From contig CM119264.1 in assembly GCA_051294375.1 (NCBI GenBank), positions 11,631,030 through 11,695,029 on the forward strand: a stretch of 64,000 nt of DNA. The letters run 5' to 3'. The DNA comes from Paraspadella gotoi. Its lineage: Eukaryota; Animalia; Chaetognatha. Positions within the stretch are counted from its first letter, which is position 1, and every line of letters starts with the position of its first letter. The translations under genes were made by a program, and so were the position numbers. The notes under the pieces are model-generated. The model was given only the letters and a program-made list of their open reading frames with translations. It made no database searches and was not told where the DNA came from. Shown here one piece after another: positions 38,445 through 56,030 of the stretch.

Positions 38445-39930
38445 ATGCAGGGAGAGAGAGAGAAGAAAGAGAGAGAGAGAGAAGATGATGTAAGAACGAA
38501 AAAAAATCTCTCTATTTTTGCTCCTTTTTTCCCTCTTCTCTCCCCTTCATTCTTTATCGCGGCGAGGGAACGTGCGGAAATTTTTATTTCTCCCGTCATT
38601 TTTTACGGAGAAAGAAAAAAATTCCTTCTTTTCCTTGTTTAAACTCTTTTAAACTCCTTTCTTTTTTAAAAGGAAAGAATGTCACGTTCGGCGCGTTATC
38701 TTCTCCACCCTGTCAACCAAAGCATTTCCCAGGATTTTTATTTCCACATCTATCTCTCCTTTNNNNNNNNNNNNNNNNNNNNNNNNNNNNNNNNNNNNNN
38801 NNNNNNNNNNNNNNNNNNNNNNNNNNNNNNNNNNNNNNNNNNNNNNNNNNNNNNNNNNNNNNNNNNNNNNNNNNNNNNNNNNNNNNNNNNNNNNNNNNNN
38901 NNNNNNNNNNNNNNNNNNNNNNNNNNNNNNNNNNNNNNNNNNNNNNNNNNNTCTCTCTTTCAATTTCCCGTCGAAAGCATTTATTTTATGCCAAGAAAAG
39001 ATTTAAGGCTGGTGATTCTTTTATCAATATTTTTTCGAGGCAATCATAAAGTTGGCGTCGAGGTGGGTCAAACTGACGAAAGAGCTCGCCAACAAATAGT
39101 GCTATGATTATTTCTTGGAAGACAAATTACTTTCTCTCTCTTCCATTCCTTCTTTTTAATCTACTGACCGATAGCACCATCTCCAAAGAGAAATACGGTG
39201 AGTTAAAAAGGTCAGGATGAGAAGACTTAACGACAATATGAATTCATGCTGTTGAACTTACTTCGGCGAGTAATTAACATCATTTCTAAAAGGGTCTAGT
39301 AGATTAAAAAGTAAGAATGGAAGAGAGAGAAAGTAATTTGTCTTCCAATAGAAATAATCATAGCACTATTTGTTGGCGAGCTCTTTCGTCAGTTTGACCA
39401 CTCTCGACGCCAACTTTATGATTGCCCTTCGAAAAAAATATTGATAAAAGAATCAACCAGCCTTAAATCTTTTCTTGCATAAAATAAATGCTTTCGTACC
39501 GGAAATTGTAAAGAGAGAGATGATGAGAGATGAGAGAGAGACTAGAGGAGAGAGGAGTAGAGAAGAGAGAGAGAGAGATGAGAGAGAGAGAGAGTAGAGA
39601 GAGAGAGAGAGGATAAGTGGAAAGGAGAGATAGATGTGAAATAAAAAATCCTGGGAAATTGCTTTGGTTGACAGGGTGGAGAAGATAACGCGCCGTATAC
39701 GTGACGATTCTTTCCTTTTGAAAAAAGAAAGGTAGTTTAAAGAGTTTAAACAAGGAAAAGAAAGGATTTTTTTTTCTCGTAAAAAATGACGGGAGAAAAA
39801 AAAAATTTCCTGCACGTTTCCTTCGCCGATAAAGAATGGAAGGGGAGAGAATGAGGGAAAAAAGGAGCAAAAATAGAGAACGATTTTTTTCGTTTCTTAC
39901 ATCATCTTCCTCTCTCTCTCTCTCTCTCTC
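38445..39930. repeat. Fold-back inverted repeat (arms ~38445-39169 and ~39292-39930)
   Basis: For example gatgatgtaagaacgaaaaaaaatc (38483) versus gatttttttcgtttcttacatcatc (39882). The arms differ by scattered indels. A 25-N gap follows ~300 nt later. Confidence 0.85.
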
Positions 39931-39970
39931 TTCTCTCTTCTTCTCTCTCTCTCTCTCTCTCTTCTCTTCT

Positions 39971-40013
<43 letters not shown>

Positions 40014-40205
40014 GCCCTTTCTTTTCTCCGACTCCCTTGCCCCCTTTTCGGTTCCCCCGTCAAAAAAGTTCGCGAAAGCGATTCAACTCTCTTTCCAAAG
40101 TGCGTTGACACAGTCAAGGGAAGGAAGTAGAGAAAGGAAGAAAAGAGATAAAAACAGGAGTGGAATAGAGAAGAGAGAGAGGAGAAGAGAGAGATGAGAG
40201 AGAGC

Positions 40206-40246
<41 letters not shown>

Positions 40247-40272
40247 TNNNNNNNNNNNNNNNNNNNNNNNNN

Positions 40273-40427
40273 CGAACGGTTTGTCCCCGTGGGCGAGGAA
40301 GCGGCTCTCGTCCGGATTGTCCGAGTGTTTGACCCAGATGGCGTTCTCCTCCGAGTCGACGGTGCATTGGAAGGAAACGGTGGACCCGGCCGCCGCCGCC
40401 TTTTCGATACGACGCACGCCCGTCGAG
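40273..40427 (-). CDS. IgSF receptor exon E2 (Ig1 N-terminal half; 3' end lost in gap)
   Basis: Acceptor catttcacag|C. Reads STGVRRIEKAAAAGSTVSFQCTVDSEENAIWVKHSDNPDESRFLAHGDKPF, a G-x-T-V-x-F-x-C-x-V…W-x-K V/I-set pattern that is completed by the DSGSYKC in E3. Confidence 0.85.
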
Positions 40428-40862
40428 CTGTGAAATGAATCATTTGATAAAAAAAACAAAAGTATAACATTGTAAATAAATAAGATAATCATATTAATCA
40501 ATGCGCTGTACTTTTGTATTATTTTCTTTTTTTAAATTTCGAAACCTGCTGATCAGTTTGGACGATTGGAACGANNNNNNNNNNNNNNNNNNNNNNNNNN
40601 NNNNNNNNNNNNNNNNNNNNNNNNNNNNNNNNNNNNNNNNNNNNNNNNNNNNNNNNNNNNNNNNNNNNNNNNNNNNNNNNNNNNNNNNNNNNNNNNNNNN
40701 NNNNNNNNNNNNNNNNNNNNNNNNNNNNNNNNNNNNNNNNNNNNNNNNNNNNNNNNNNNNNNNNNNNNNNNNNNNNNNNNNNNNNNNNNNNNNNNNNNNN
40801 NNNNNNNNNNNNNNNNNNNNNNNNNNNNNNNNNNNNNNNNNNNNNNNNNNNNNNNNNNNNNN

Positions 40863-40977
40863 ACATCTTTGGGGCGACGGTTGAGAAACGATTGCGAAGA
40901 CGATATTCGGAGGGAGAGAGACTTGAAGGATGTCGATGGAGAGCGAGAGGAGAAGCAACGGGATCCGAAGACGCCAT
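40863..40977 (-). CDS. Candidate first coding exon of the IgSF receptor (truncated by gap)
   Basis: aaaATGG start right after a (CT)n tract. The frame runs open into gap 40575-40862 (MASSDPVASP…VAPKM). An adjacent frame is signal-peptide-like (LLLLSLSIDILQVSL). No donor is visible. Confidence 0.3.
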
Positions 40978-41062
<85 letters not shown>

Positions 41063-41589
41063 AGAAAGAATAATAGAAAGACAGAGAGACAGAAAAAACG
41101 AAAAAAAGGGTCTCGAAATGTGTTGAAGTGACTCCCGATTGTCACTTGATCCCTTCCTTGCTCGAGGATGAAATAAACCGTGCGACTGATGACAGATGGA
41201 ATCCAAGGAAGAGAGGGAGAAGGTTTTGGGGGGGAGGAATTGAAGGAGGGGGGCAAAAAGAATAAGGATATCGTGGAATAGTCCGAGGCTAAGGGGGTCA
41301 GGTTGTCACGTTGGGTGAAGCCGCCATGGCGATCCCTTTTCCAAAAATGTTATTCTCTTTTGATCTCCGCCGATTACTCCGTAATTTTCGCGCCGCCAAA
41401 AATTTGGAAATTTGATTTCTTTTCTTTTTCTTTTCTTTGTTCTCTCGTTTTCCTCCTCACACGTTTCATTCGTTTGTTTTTCTTTTATCGCCTCCAGAAA
41501 CCAAAACAAACAACAAACGATAGACTTCCGGTTTCTCTTTTTTTTTGTTGCTTTCTTTTTCTTCGGGAACAAAAAAACTCGTTAACTCA

Positions 41590-41704
<115 letters not shown>

Positions 41705-43498
41705 TTGAGGTGCAACGACCTGTTAAATGACGACGTCAAAGAGGTACGGCGTCTTGGAGAGACCACGGTCTCACGGGCAGACGAACGAACGAACCGGCTG
41801 GATGTTACAATTTTCCGCCGTATTTTCCTAACAGGCCGAGGAACTTATAAATTTCCCGCCTTCCAAATAGTTTTTCGCGAGACACGTTGCTCGCGCGGGA
41901 GAGAGTGGGGTTCGCCGCGCGATGAGAAGTTAGCTCGTGGGCCAAGAGGTGGCGTCTCGTAAAACCTTGAGAGTTCGAGAGATAAATCTAAAATCGAGAA
42001 GCGGCATTTAACCCGGATCACTTTTACGACGTTTTATGACTCGTAAAACGAGAACGTTCATCGTTCGTGACCTGGAGTCGTGTTGGGTCGTTGAATTGAA
42101 ATCTAGAGGTTCGTTTTGATCCACTTTGAACAAAAAAATTACGCGCAACGGGGAAAGTTGATCCTTTTTCAAAAAATCCAAATGAGTTTTGAGAAAGCTT
42201 TAATCCGGTTTGGCGGGAGATTCGAACCTCTTCGTTGTGGGTTCCGTCCCGGAGCGGCGTGGGTTTCGATTCGTTTCGGCGCGGGTTTAAACCCGGTTCA
42301 GCGTGATTTTCGACCCGGAGTGTGCTTAGAAAAACTTTAACGTGAAAAATCACATTTTTTTTCTTCGAGTTGGAGCAAAGCGAATCGCGCTTGCGACGAA
42401 CGAGCGAAAGACTCGCGTCTCGCGCTTCTATCTCTCTCTCTCTCTCACGCGGGCGCGTTCGAGGTCAGCGGAAAAATGAGGGGAGGACGAAAATATCTTT
42501 CTGACGGAATCCACGGCAAGGTCGGTCGGTCGGTTCCGTTTATCACGTTTGGCCGCCTGAATCCGCCTGAAATAACCGAGAGCCTTTCGCCGGAAATGTA
42601 CGGAGATTAAATTGAAACCTCCTCGGTTTGCCGTCTTGCAAGTTGAAGCCTCGAAGTGAAGAGACGCGGAGAAGCGAATAGCGGAAAAGAGTTGAAAAGC
42701 CGACGCCGTTATGCGCTGAGAGGAAAAAAAAAAAAGAGAGAAAAAAAGTAAATGGGAGGAAAATATGCGGTTTATGGCTAAAAGAAAATTTTGTTTAAAG
42801 AAAAAAAAAATATCGGTGATGGAATATTCAATGAATAACGAGGAGCATCATTCTTTGTCTACGAGTTTTTTTTTTCTTTCCTGGAATCTGAGTTTTTTGC
42901 TTTTTTTCTTTTTTTACGTCTCGCCAGGGAAGGCTTCGTTTTAAGGGAGGATCGCCTGTAAAAAAATATGACAAGCCACGTTGAGAATTTATTTAACGGG
43001 AAATATTTTTTTTTCTTTTGGGAGGGGGGGGTGGATGGTGGTTAAGGATTGGAGGGCAAAGGGAGAGAGGGTGGTTAGAAAGGAAAGGGATTAGTGGCGT
43101 TTACCTTGTTGGATTCGTTTGAGGAAGGTATAAAGAGTTTTTAGATTGTAAAGGGGACAGTAAGGGAAAAAGGTGACGGGAAGGGTAGAAGAATCTGAAG
43201 CGGAGGAATGGAAAAATAAGAAGTGAGAGAAAAGGTGGGGGAAAAGTGGGATAATGAGGGGTAAGTAAGAAAGTCAGGAGTGCAGAAAGAATAAGAGGGC
43301 AGAGGAAGCTGGAAAAGGCGTCGAATAATTTTTGCCGGTTCAAAGATTCTGCTGGAGACGAAAAGGCGGTGGTTATCGGTTAATTTCGGGAGAAAATCGG
43401 AAAAATTAGGCGATGCTACTAAAGTGAAGCTCAGCAGGCGGACCAGCAGCTATCTCTCTATCTCTATCGCTCTCTCTCATATTTATCTATTTTTTTCC

Positions 43499-43555
<57 letters not shown>
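43499..43555. repeat. (ATCT)n microsatellite
   Basis: Perfect tetranucleotide run, with a degenerate copy at ~58050-58105. Confidence 0.97.
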
Positions 43556-43556
<1 letters not shown>

Positions 43557-44879
43557 TTTTCTACAAATGTATCCTTATTTAATTATTACGCGACTGGCTG
43601 CCACGTTGAATTGTCATCTTTTCTTTGTATTAATGTCCTCAGTCCGAAAAAGATGCTATTTCCGCAGAGGACTCCTTTCGCTCCAATTGATAAATCGCTT
43701 CCGACCCACCTTGCTTCTCGTTTTATCACATCAACATTTCATGGCGTACTCACATCGACGTCGCCTTTCATGGCTTTCGAAATCACCTCCTTCCTCACTT
43801 TTCAGTTAATTGTCTTTGCCAAAACTCTTGGCCCGTCTCTTTGTCTGACCTTTACCGTCACCTTAAAGGGCATGTAAATTTCACAAAATCACTCAACTCA
43901 AATTTTTTTTGAACGATTAAAAACTAAAAATATAAAAAAAATCATAAACACTAATTCAATAAAAGGAAAAAAAACAGGTTTGAAAACTAGAATGAAACTG
44001 ATTAAAAATCAAAGTAGCAAAATGGATATCAATCAGAATTAATGCTGAAAGAACGTTGACAATGACAGCCGACGATGTTCGACCGTCTTCTCTCTATGAC
44101 AAGTCACCGCCGTCGTCAGCGGTTCTATGAATGGCAATCCCATTTAAAAGGAACCAACACCATTCTTTGCCATTTTGATTTTTGAGATCAGCAAGTGGCT
44201 GTTTTTCAGGATCACGATTCTCTTACATAAGGTGATGTAAGGAAGTTTTAGGAATCAAAATTTACAGTTATAATCTTAAAAACTATTATACTTAGTGGTG
44301 ATACTAATTTGTAGTTATTTTTCCTTTTTTATAATTATATAGTTAGCCGCAGTCAGCTTATTTTGGTATTCATCACAACCTAACCTCTTGATACATGCAA
44401 AATTTCAAAATGTTTTAATTCTTTACTGTTCTGAGGAACAATTCAGATTGCTCAGTTAAGAGTTTCATAAAAGAAAATATACAATCTCTTTAAAATCTTA
44501 AAAGTTTTTAGCTATATTATTATATATCTTTTTAATCACCTCTTTATTATATGCATATATCACTTGTTGTCACCCTTATTATATAGCTCACTGGTGCCCA
44601 CTAATTTATAAATTTAAAATAAATTTCACCGAATATTTGTTACTTGGTTTATTTTCATGTTCTTAATATGCTAAATTTTTAATTTTACTAAATTTTATAT
44701 ATAACATCACTCTATTCTCAGCCTCGACACCGGATATTATCTGTTATTACCACAACGCTTAAATACTGGATTTAGATAATGACAACCATATTCTGACACT
44801 TATTCTTTTGCTTTTATTCTTTTTACGCATTGCGATAACAAAACGAGCGAGTGAACCAGAGACGGGATAGACACGAGCT

Positions 44880-45991
44880 AAGAGCAGAGAAAGAGAGAGA
44901 GAGAGCAGAGAGACTGAAGAAGGAGAGAGAGAGAGTGCAATGTTGCATCTCTAAACATTGGAGACGTTTACGACTTTTAGCCACAGAAAATTGATGTCCA
45001 GTCAAAGGCGGCGGTCACACTAGACCGACCAAAACGGACTATGACATCGATTAACTACCATGAACGTTTAAATACGCCCTTACATGGCCTATTGCTCAAG
45101 TGCACCATCAATAGAAAGAATTTTAGGGAAGAAAAAAGGGACGCAGTTGGAGACTTGAGCAAAAAAGGAAAGCAAGAAGGTAATTTTGTTCGCGAAGGCG
45201 AAGGTGAAAAAAAACAAAAAGAATATGAGAAGGAAGCAACTAGGCAGCATAGCTAATCTAATAACGAGGAATTGTTTGGTAACGAGGAAGGAAAAGAGAG
45301 GAGAGAAGAGACGGGAAGAGACGGAGAAGGAAGGAGGAAGAGCTACAAGGAGATCCACGGGAACCGACCTCAGAAAAATGGCAACAGCGCCTATATGATA
45401 CTCTAAGACTATTAAAATCTCTATCATGATCCAATCGTGATATTCTAGCATATAGGCGTCTGTTGCCAGTATTTTCTTGAGGTCCGTTCCCGTGAGACTC
45501 CTTGTAGACCTCTTTCCTCATCCATTCTTCTCGCGTCGTCTTCCCGTCTGCTCTCTCCCTCTCTTTTCCTTTCCCTCGTTACCAAAACCAATTCCTCGTT
45601 TTAGATTAGCTATCTTGCTCTGTTGCTTTCCTCTCCTCATTATTCTTTTGTTTTTTCCTTTCCGCTCTGGAAACAAGCAAATTACCTTCTTGTCTTTCTT
45701 TTTGCCTCAGTCTCCAACTCGCTTCCTTTTTTCTCGTCCTTAAAATTCCTTCTATGGTGCGGTGCCACTGGAATCAGGCCATGTAAGGGTCGTTTTAACG
45801 TCAGTAGTATCGTGTCGATAGTCCGTTTTTGGTCAGGGTCCTATGTGACCCCGTCCGCACTTTGAACTGGACATCATTTCTAGCTGAAAGTCGTAAATCG
45901 TTCTCCTAATGTTTTGTAAATGGCAACATGCATGCTCTTCTCTCTACTCTCTCGTCTTTCTCCTTCTCTCTCTCTCTCTCTCTCTCTCTCC
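44880..45991. repeat. Fold-back inverted repeat (arms ~44880-45397 and ~45449-45991)
   Basis: aaaatggcaacagcgcctatatg versus catataggcgtctgttgccagtatttt. Ends at a 25-N gap and is absent from the duplicate copy near 59700. Confidence 0.88.
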
Positions 45992-48090
45992 NNNNNNNNN
46001 NNNNNNNNNNNNNNNNAAAAGTCCTTAAAATTATTTTTGCGCTCGTCCAATAAAACTTCATATATTATAGTGTAAAAACTTGACATTTTTTCCGGCGAGA
46101 AATAATCTTAATTTTTTTAAATTCCTTAAACAAAACTTTAACTTGACTTGCACTCCCTTTTTAGAGTTTCTTGACTAATGTCATTAGTCATTAGTCAATA
46201 GCTGACCGGCTACAAAATTGGAAGCCCCTATCTTTTTCCAGCTTATAAAAAATTATAATAGACAAGACCTGCTTTGAATCGCAGAGAGTGAAGTTCAAAG
46301 CAGAAAACCAGAACCTCAGAGATTTTAAAAATCAAAAAACTTGAAAAAGCGATCTGAACTTTCTCTTGCTATTGAGGGCAAACAACTTGATTTTGCAATA
46401 GAATGAGAGGACTCAAAATTTTTTTCATTATTTGTGATTATTTTGCCACGTAAATGAAAATAGTATTCAAATTGATCAGTACCCGTGGATCTCCTTGTGA
46501 TGGGAGAATTAAGTAAAAATTGGAAAGGTTGTTTAATGAAGAAAAAAGAGAGGAAAAGGTAAGAAAAAGGAAATGTTTAAAGAAATGAAGGGAAAAAAAA
46601 GGTCAACAAAGAGAGCAGCACAGAGAAGACGGAAGAAGGTCTGTGGATAAAGAAGCGGAACAAGGGATCGAAAAAAAAGGGAAGAAAGTCGAGAAATAGT
46701 ATTGACTCTGCATTCAAAAAACAGTACTTGCTTGTATTTGTATTGTATTTACGGTCTTTATTCTGTTGTTTTTTTTTAGACATCGATTAAGGTCAAGAAC
46801 TATTCTTTGTCTTTTTAAATTTTATTGATGCCCATAAGCATGTGTCACTCTCGCCATGTGCTTACCGCTCTTCACGAATTTCCTCCTCTCGACCGTGAGT
46901 GAAAAAGGCGAGCCTCTTTTTTTTGCAAGTCACGAAGCGTAAGCTTAGAAGCCATTAGTGAAACTGATGTCTTTAGTCTAGACTCTAGACGAAATGATAA
47001 CAACCACAACGAAAGTCGATTCATATCAAAATCAATACTTTCCACACTATACTATCCAATACTATACTATTCGCACTGGATTCACTTTTAACTAAAAGCA
47101 AATTCTTGAAAATGTCATTCAATAATCATCCAAAACTTTAATTTAAAAATAAAACTTTATAATAAATCAATAAATAGATGTTCTAAGTATAGAAGAAGCT
47201 TTTTGCGTTGATCCATTTTTTTCCTTTTTGTACTTAAGACGCCCTAATGATAATTTATCGGAAAAACAGGTTCAAGAACAAACTCTTAAACGTCAACTTC
47301 AATTCAGTTCAATTTCCTTCTTGTCGGCGATATTTCCAGATTAGAACTTATGCCCAACCGAGTAAACGGAAAGCAAAGAGGTTGTTTTCTATATATCACA
47401 TACAGTTTTCACTAAATACTAATAAATAAACATAAAATAAAATAAAATAAATTAACTTCTTAGTGATTAAACACTTAAAGTAAACAATTAAGACATATAT
47501 AGAATATTTAGTTAATTTATTCTTTATATATAAGTATTAGTTTACACTAAAATATTTAAGTTTATGTTAACCTTATGGTTACCCTCATTTTTTTTTCTCT
47601 GGTTATGCACACCTAGAGTAAATCCGTAATCAGCCCACAATTTCTGTGATATTTTGTTTATATGTTTCTTATTGTTATATACCTTCAGTTCCCCCTCTCC
47701 CCCACATTGTTCCTCTCCGCCGCCGTCGCTATCGTCAGTCCAACTCCGCTCATAGATTTCCTCTTGTTCTTTTGTGCCACGGATCTAATTTTCTTCCTCG
47801 AGGCTTTTAACTAACGTAATTGAAAGCGGCGCGGGGCGGCGGAAGCGTGGCCGGCGAATGGCGCGGCTGGGGTGGGGGTTAGGGGACGGGTAATGTTTGG
47901 GTTAATGTTTGGTCGGTGCATATGAAACGTTGGAAAGTTTAGGCGCGCCTCTCGCGGGTTATTTAAGTAACTAAAACTCAAGAATTTCGCGTGCAAAGGA
48001 TTCTGAAACCGATGGCGATCATAATTTTGGGTTGGGTGAGCGTCTGGTGGTCCCTATCACAAAGATGGATTAAAGTGCTGTTTCTTTGCA

Positions 48091-48334
48091 GCGGCCTCAG
48101 TGGCTCAGTGGACTAATGCACCATCCCAAGTGCGTCCCTGGTTCGAGCCCTGAGGTTGTTCAAGTAGAAAGTGGGATGGACCGGGTAACCCGCCTGTAGG
48201 CATGGGCCCCTACTGCAGAACCCAAAGCTCTGGACTACATGAACATCCCGTCTCGCTGTCGCACAGAGGTGACAACCGCTGCGGGTGTGGCGCCCTGTTA
48301 AAACCAGCCTCTTCAAGCGAAAGGTTTTTTTTTT
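48091..48334 (+). ncRNA. tRNA-derived Pol III unit (SINE-like element or stand-alone structured ncRNA)
   Basis: A box TGGCTCAGTGG (48101-48111) and B box GGTTCGAGCCC (48140-48150). Closing stem gcggcctcag/ctgaggttgt. ~170-nt structured body, then a 3' hairpin and a T10 terminator (48325-48334). Confidence 0.65.
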
Positions 48335-48344
48335 AGTGGTAAAA

Positions 48345-48712
48345 GTCGGGTCGGTCGGTGATCGGTCGAGTCGGTCGATCGGTCGTCGGTCGATCGGTCG
48401 ATCGGATCGGTCGATTGGGTCGGTCGGTCGGCTGATCGGTCCGATGCGGTCGAGTCGGCTCGATCGGTCGATCGGTCGATGGTCGATCGACGGCTCCGGC
48501 GGTCGGTCCGGATCGGTCGATCGGGCGTCGGATCGAGCGGTGACTGTGCGTCGGTCCGAATCGCGGGTCCGAATCGGTCGATCGGTCGATCGGTCGGGTC
48601 GGTCGATCGGTCGGTCGGTGTCGTCGGTCGAGTCGTCGGTCGGTCGATCGGTCGGTCGGTCGGGTCACGGTCGGTCCCGGTCGGTCGGTCGGTCCGGTCC
48701 GGTCGGTCCCGG
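48345..48712. repeat. Degenerate (TCGG/TCGA)n CpG-rich tetranucleotide satellite
   Basis: About 365 bp of ggtc/gatc units directly after the Pol III terminator. Confidence 0.92.
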
Positions 48713-49029
48713 AAATTGGCGACGGGATAAATTCTTTTTTCTCCTCAAGACCATATTGTGGGTTCGGATGGAGGAATTTTCCTCGTTGGCGGTAAGACGA
48801 CGACATGTCAGTCCTTGTTGGTCGGCATCTGAACGGCAACAGGTTTGTGTTGGACGGTTTAAAGGAGGAACAATGGGAGGTTAGAAGAGTAAAAAAAACC
48901 CGATGAAATCAACTGGCAATGAAAACCCGATCAAGACGGGGCAAACAGCAAGAGCAAGATGACCCAAAGACAAACAATTCTTTGATGGACCGCGAGGAAA
49001 TTCTGTAATTATCGCCACAAAGCAAATTC

Positions 49030-49066
<37 letters not shown>

Positions 49067-49299
49067 ATTGAGCAGTCTTTTTTTCTCTCTCAATTTGCTC
49101 GACTTTGCAAACAGAAAATGATGATGTGAGAGATCATTTTCAAGTTTTCTACTGTTTACCGACTCCAGACTCCAAACATAAACTTTTATAAAAATTTAAG
49201 CCAGTATATAAAAAGTTTAGCAGTTTAGCAGCTCCAATTTCCCAGGGATTTCTTACAAATTTTTAAACATTTTTTACAAGTCTAATTAAATTAAAGCGC

Positions 49300-49575
49300 A
49301 CGCAAACGCCGGGAAATCTCCCTCTACAAACTCCTTCGCCAACAAGCAGCTGCAGGATAATTTCCTTTTGAAGAGCGCCGCCTTGACCGTCCGCGGCGGG
49401 GTCGCACCGCTTAAGCTTTACGGGGCTGACCGGCCCCGCGGTTGGCGGCGGACCTGGCGCCGCTTCCCCAACGAGGTCTGGCCACCGCAACCCCACGGCA
49501 CCGTTCCCCGGTCGTTCACCGCTACTTTTGGCGGCGCCTCTCACCTCGCCCACGTTCGGCGTCTCGCCGCCATAT
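49300..49575 (-). promoter_or_regulatory. CpG-island-like block with YY1/Kozak-type aatATGGCGGC; possible promoter or first exon of a minus-strand transcript
   Basis: Abrupt GC/CpG enrichment. Minus strand reads aaaatATGGCGGCGAGACGCCGAACGTGGGCGAG|gtgaga. The other copy (~63150-63415) is noisy. Confidence 0.25.
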
Positions 49576-49979
49576 TTTTTTCTTCAAAAGTGTTAGCTTT
49601 TTCCCGCAGATTTTTTAAGCGGTCTTTCTCGCAGACCTTTTCCTTGAATCCTTCCGGCCAAGTTTTAAAGATTTTTCATGTCGACCTGATCTGAAATTCT
49701 GTTCCTTTCCGTTTTGCTCACCCCCTTTCTCCTCTCTCTCTCTCTCAAGTCTCTCCTCCTCTCTCTTCTCCTCTCTCTCTCTTCTCTCTCTCTATTCTTC
49801 TCATCTCTTCTCTCTTTCCCTCTTTCTCGTACTTGCCGTGTCGTATTTAATTTACAGTTTTAAATATTGTTTTCGGCAGAGTCACATCTTGACCTTGACA
49901 TAGGATTTTTTTTAATCTTCTCTCTCTCTCTCTCTCTCTCGCTATCTCTCTCTCTTTCGCTCTCGTTCTCTGATGAGAG

Positions 49980-56030
<6,051 letters not shown>

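Noticed and set aside
48091-48160. Functional tRNA gene
   Set aside because: The anticodon arm and loop are non-standard, A-B spacing is short, and the unit continues ~170 nt before the terminator.
48285-48884. Arg/Ser/Gly-rich ORFs up to 219 aa (also 62149-62857)
   Set aside because: Translations of the TCGG/TCGA satellite, which lacks stop codons.
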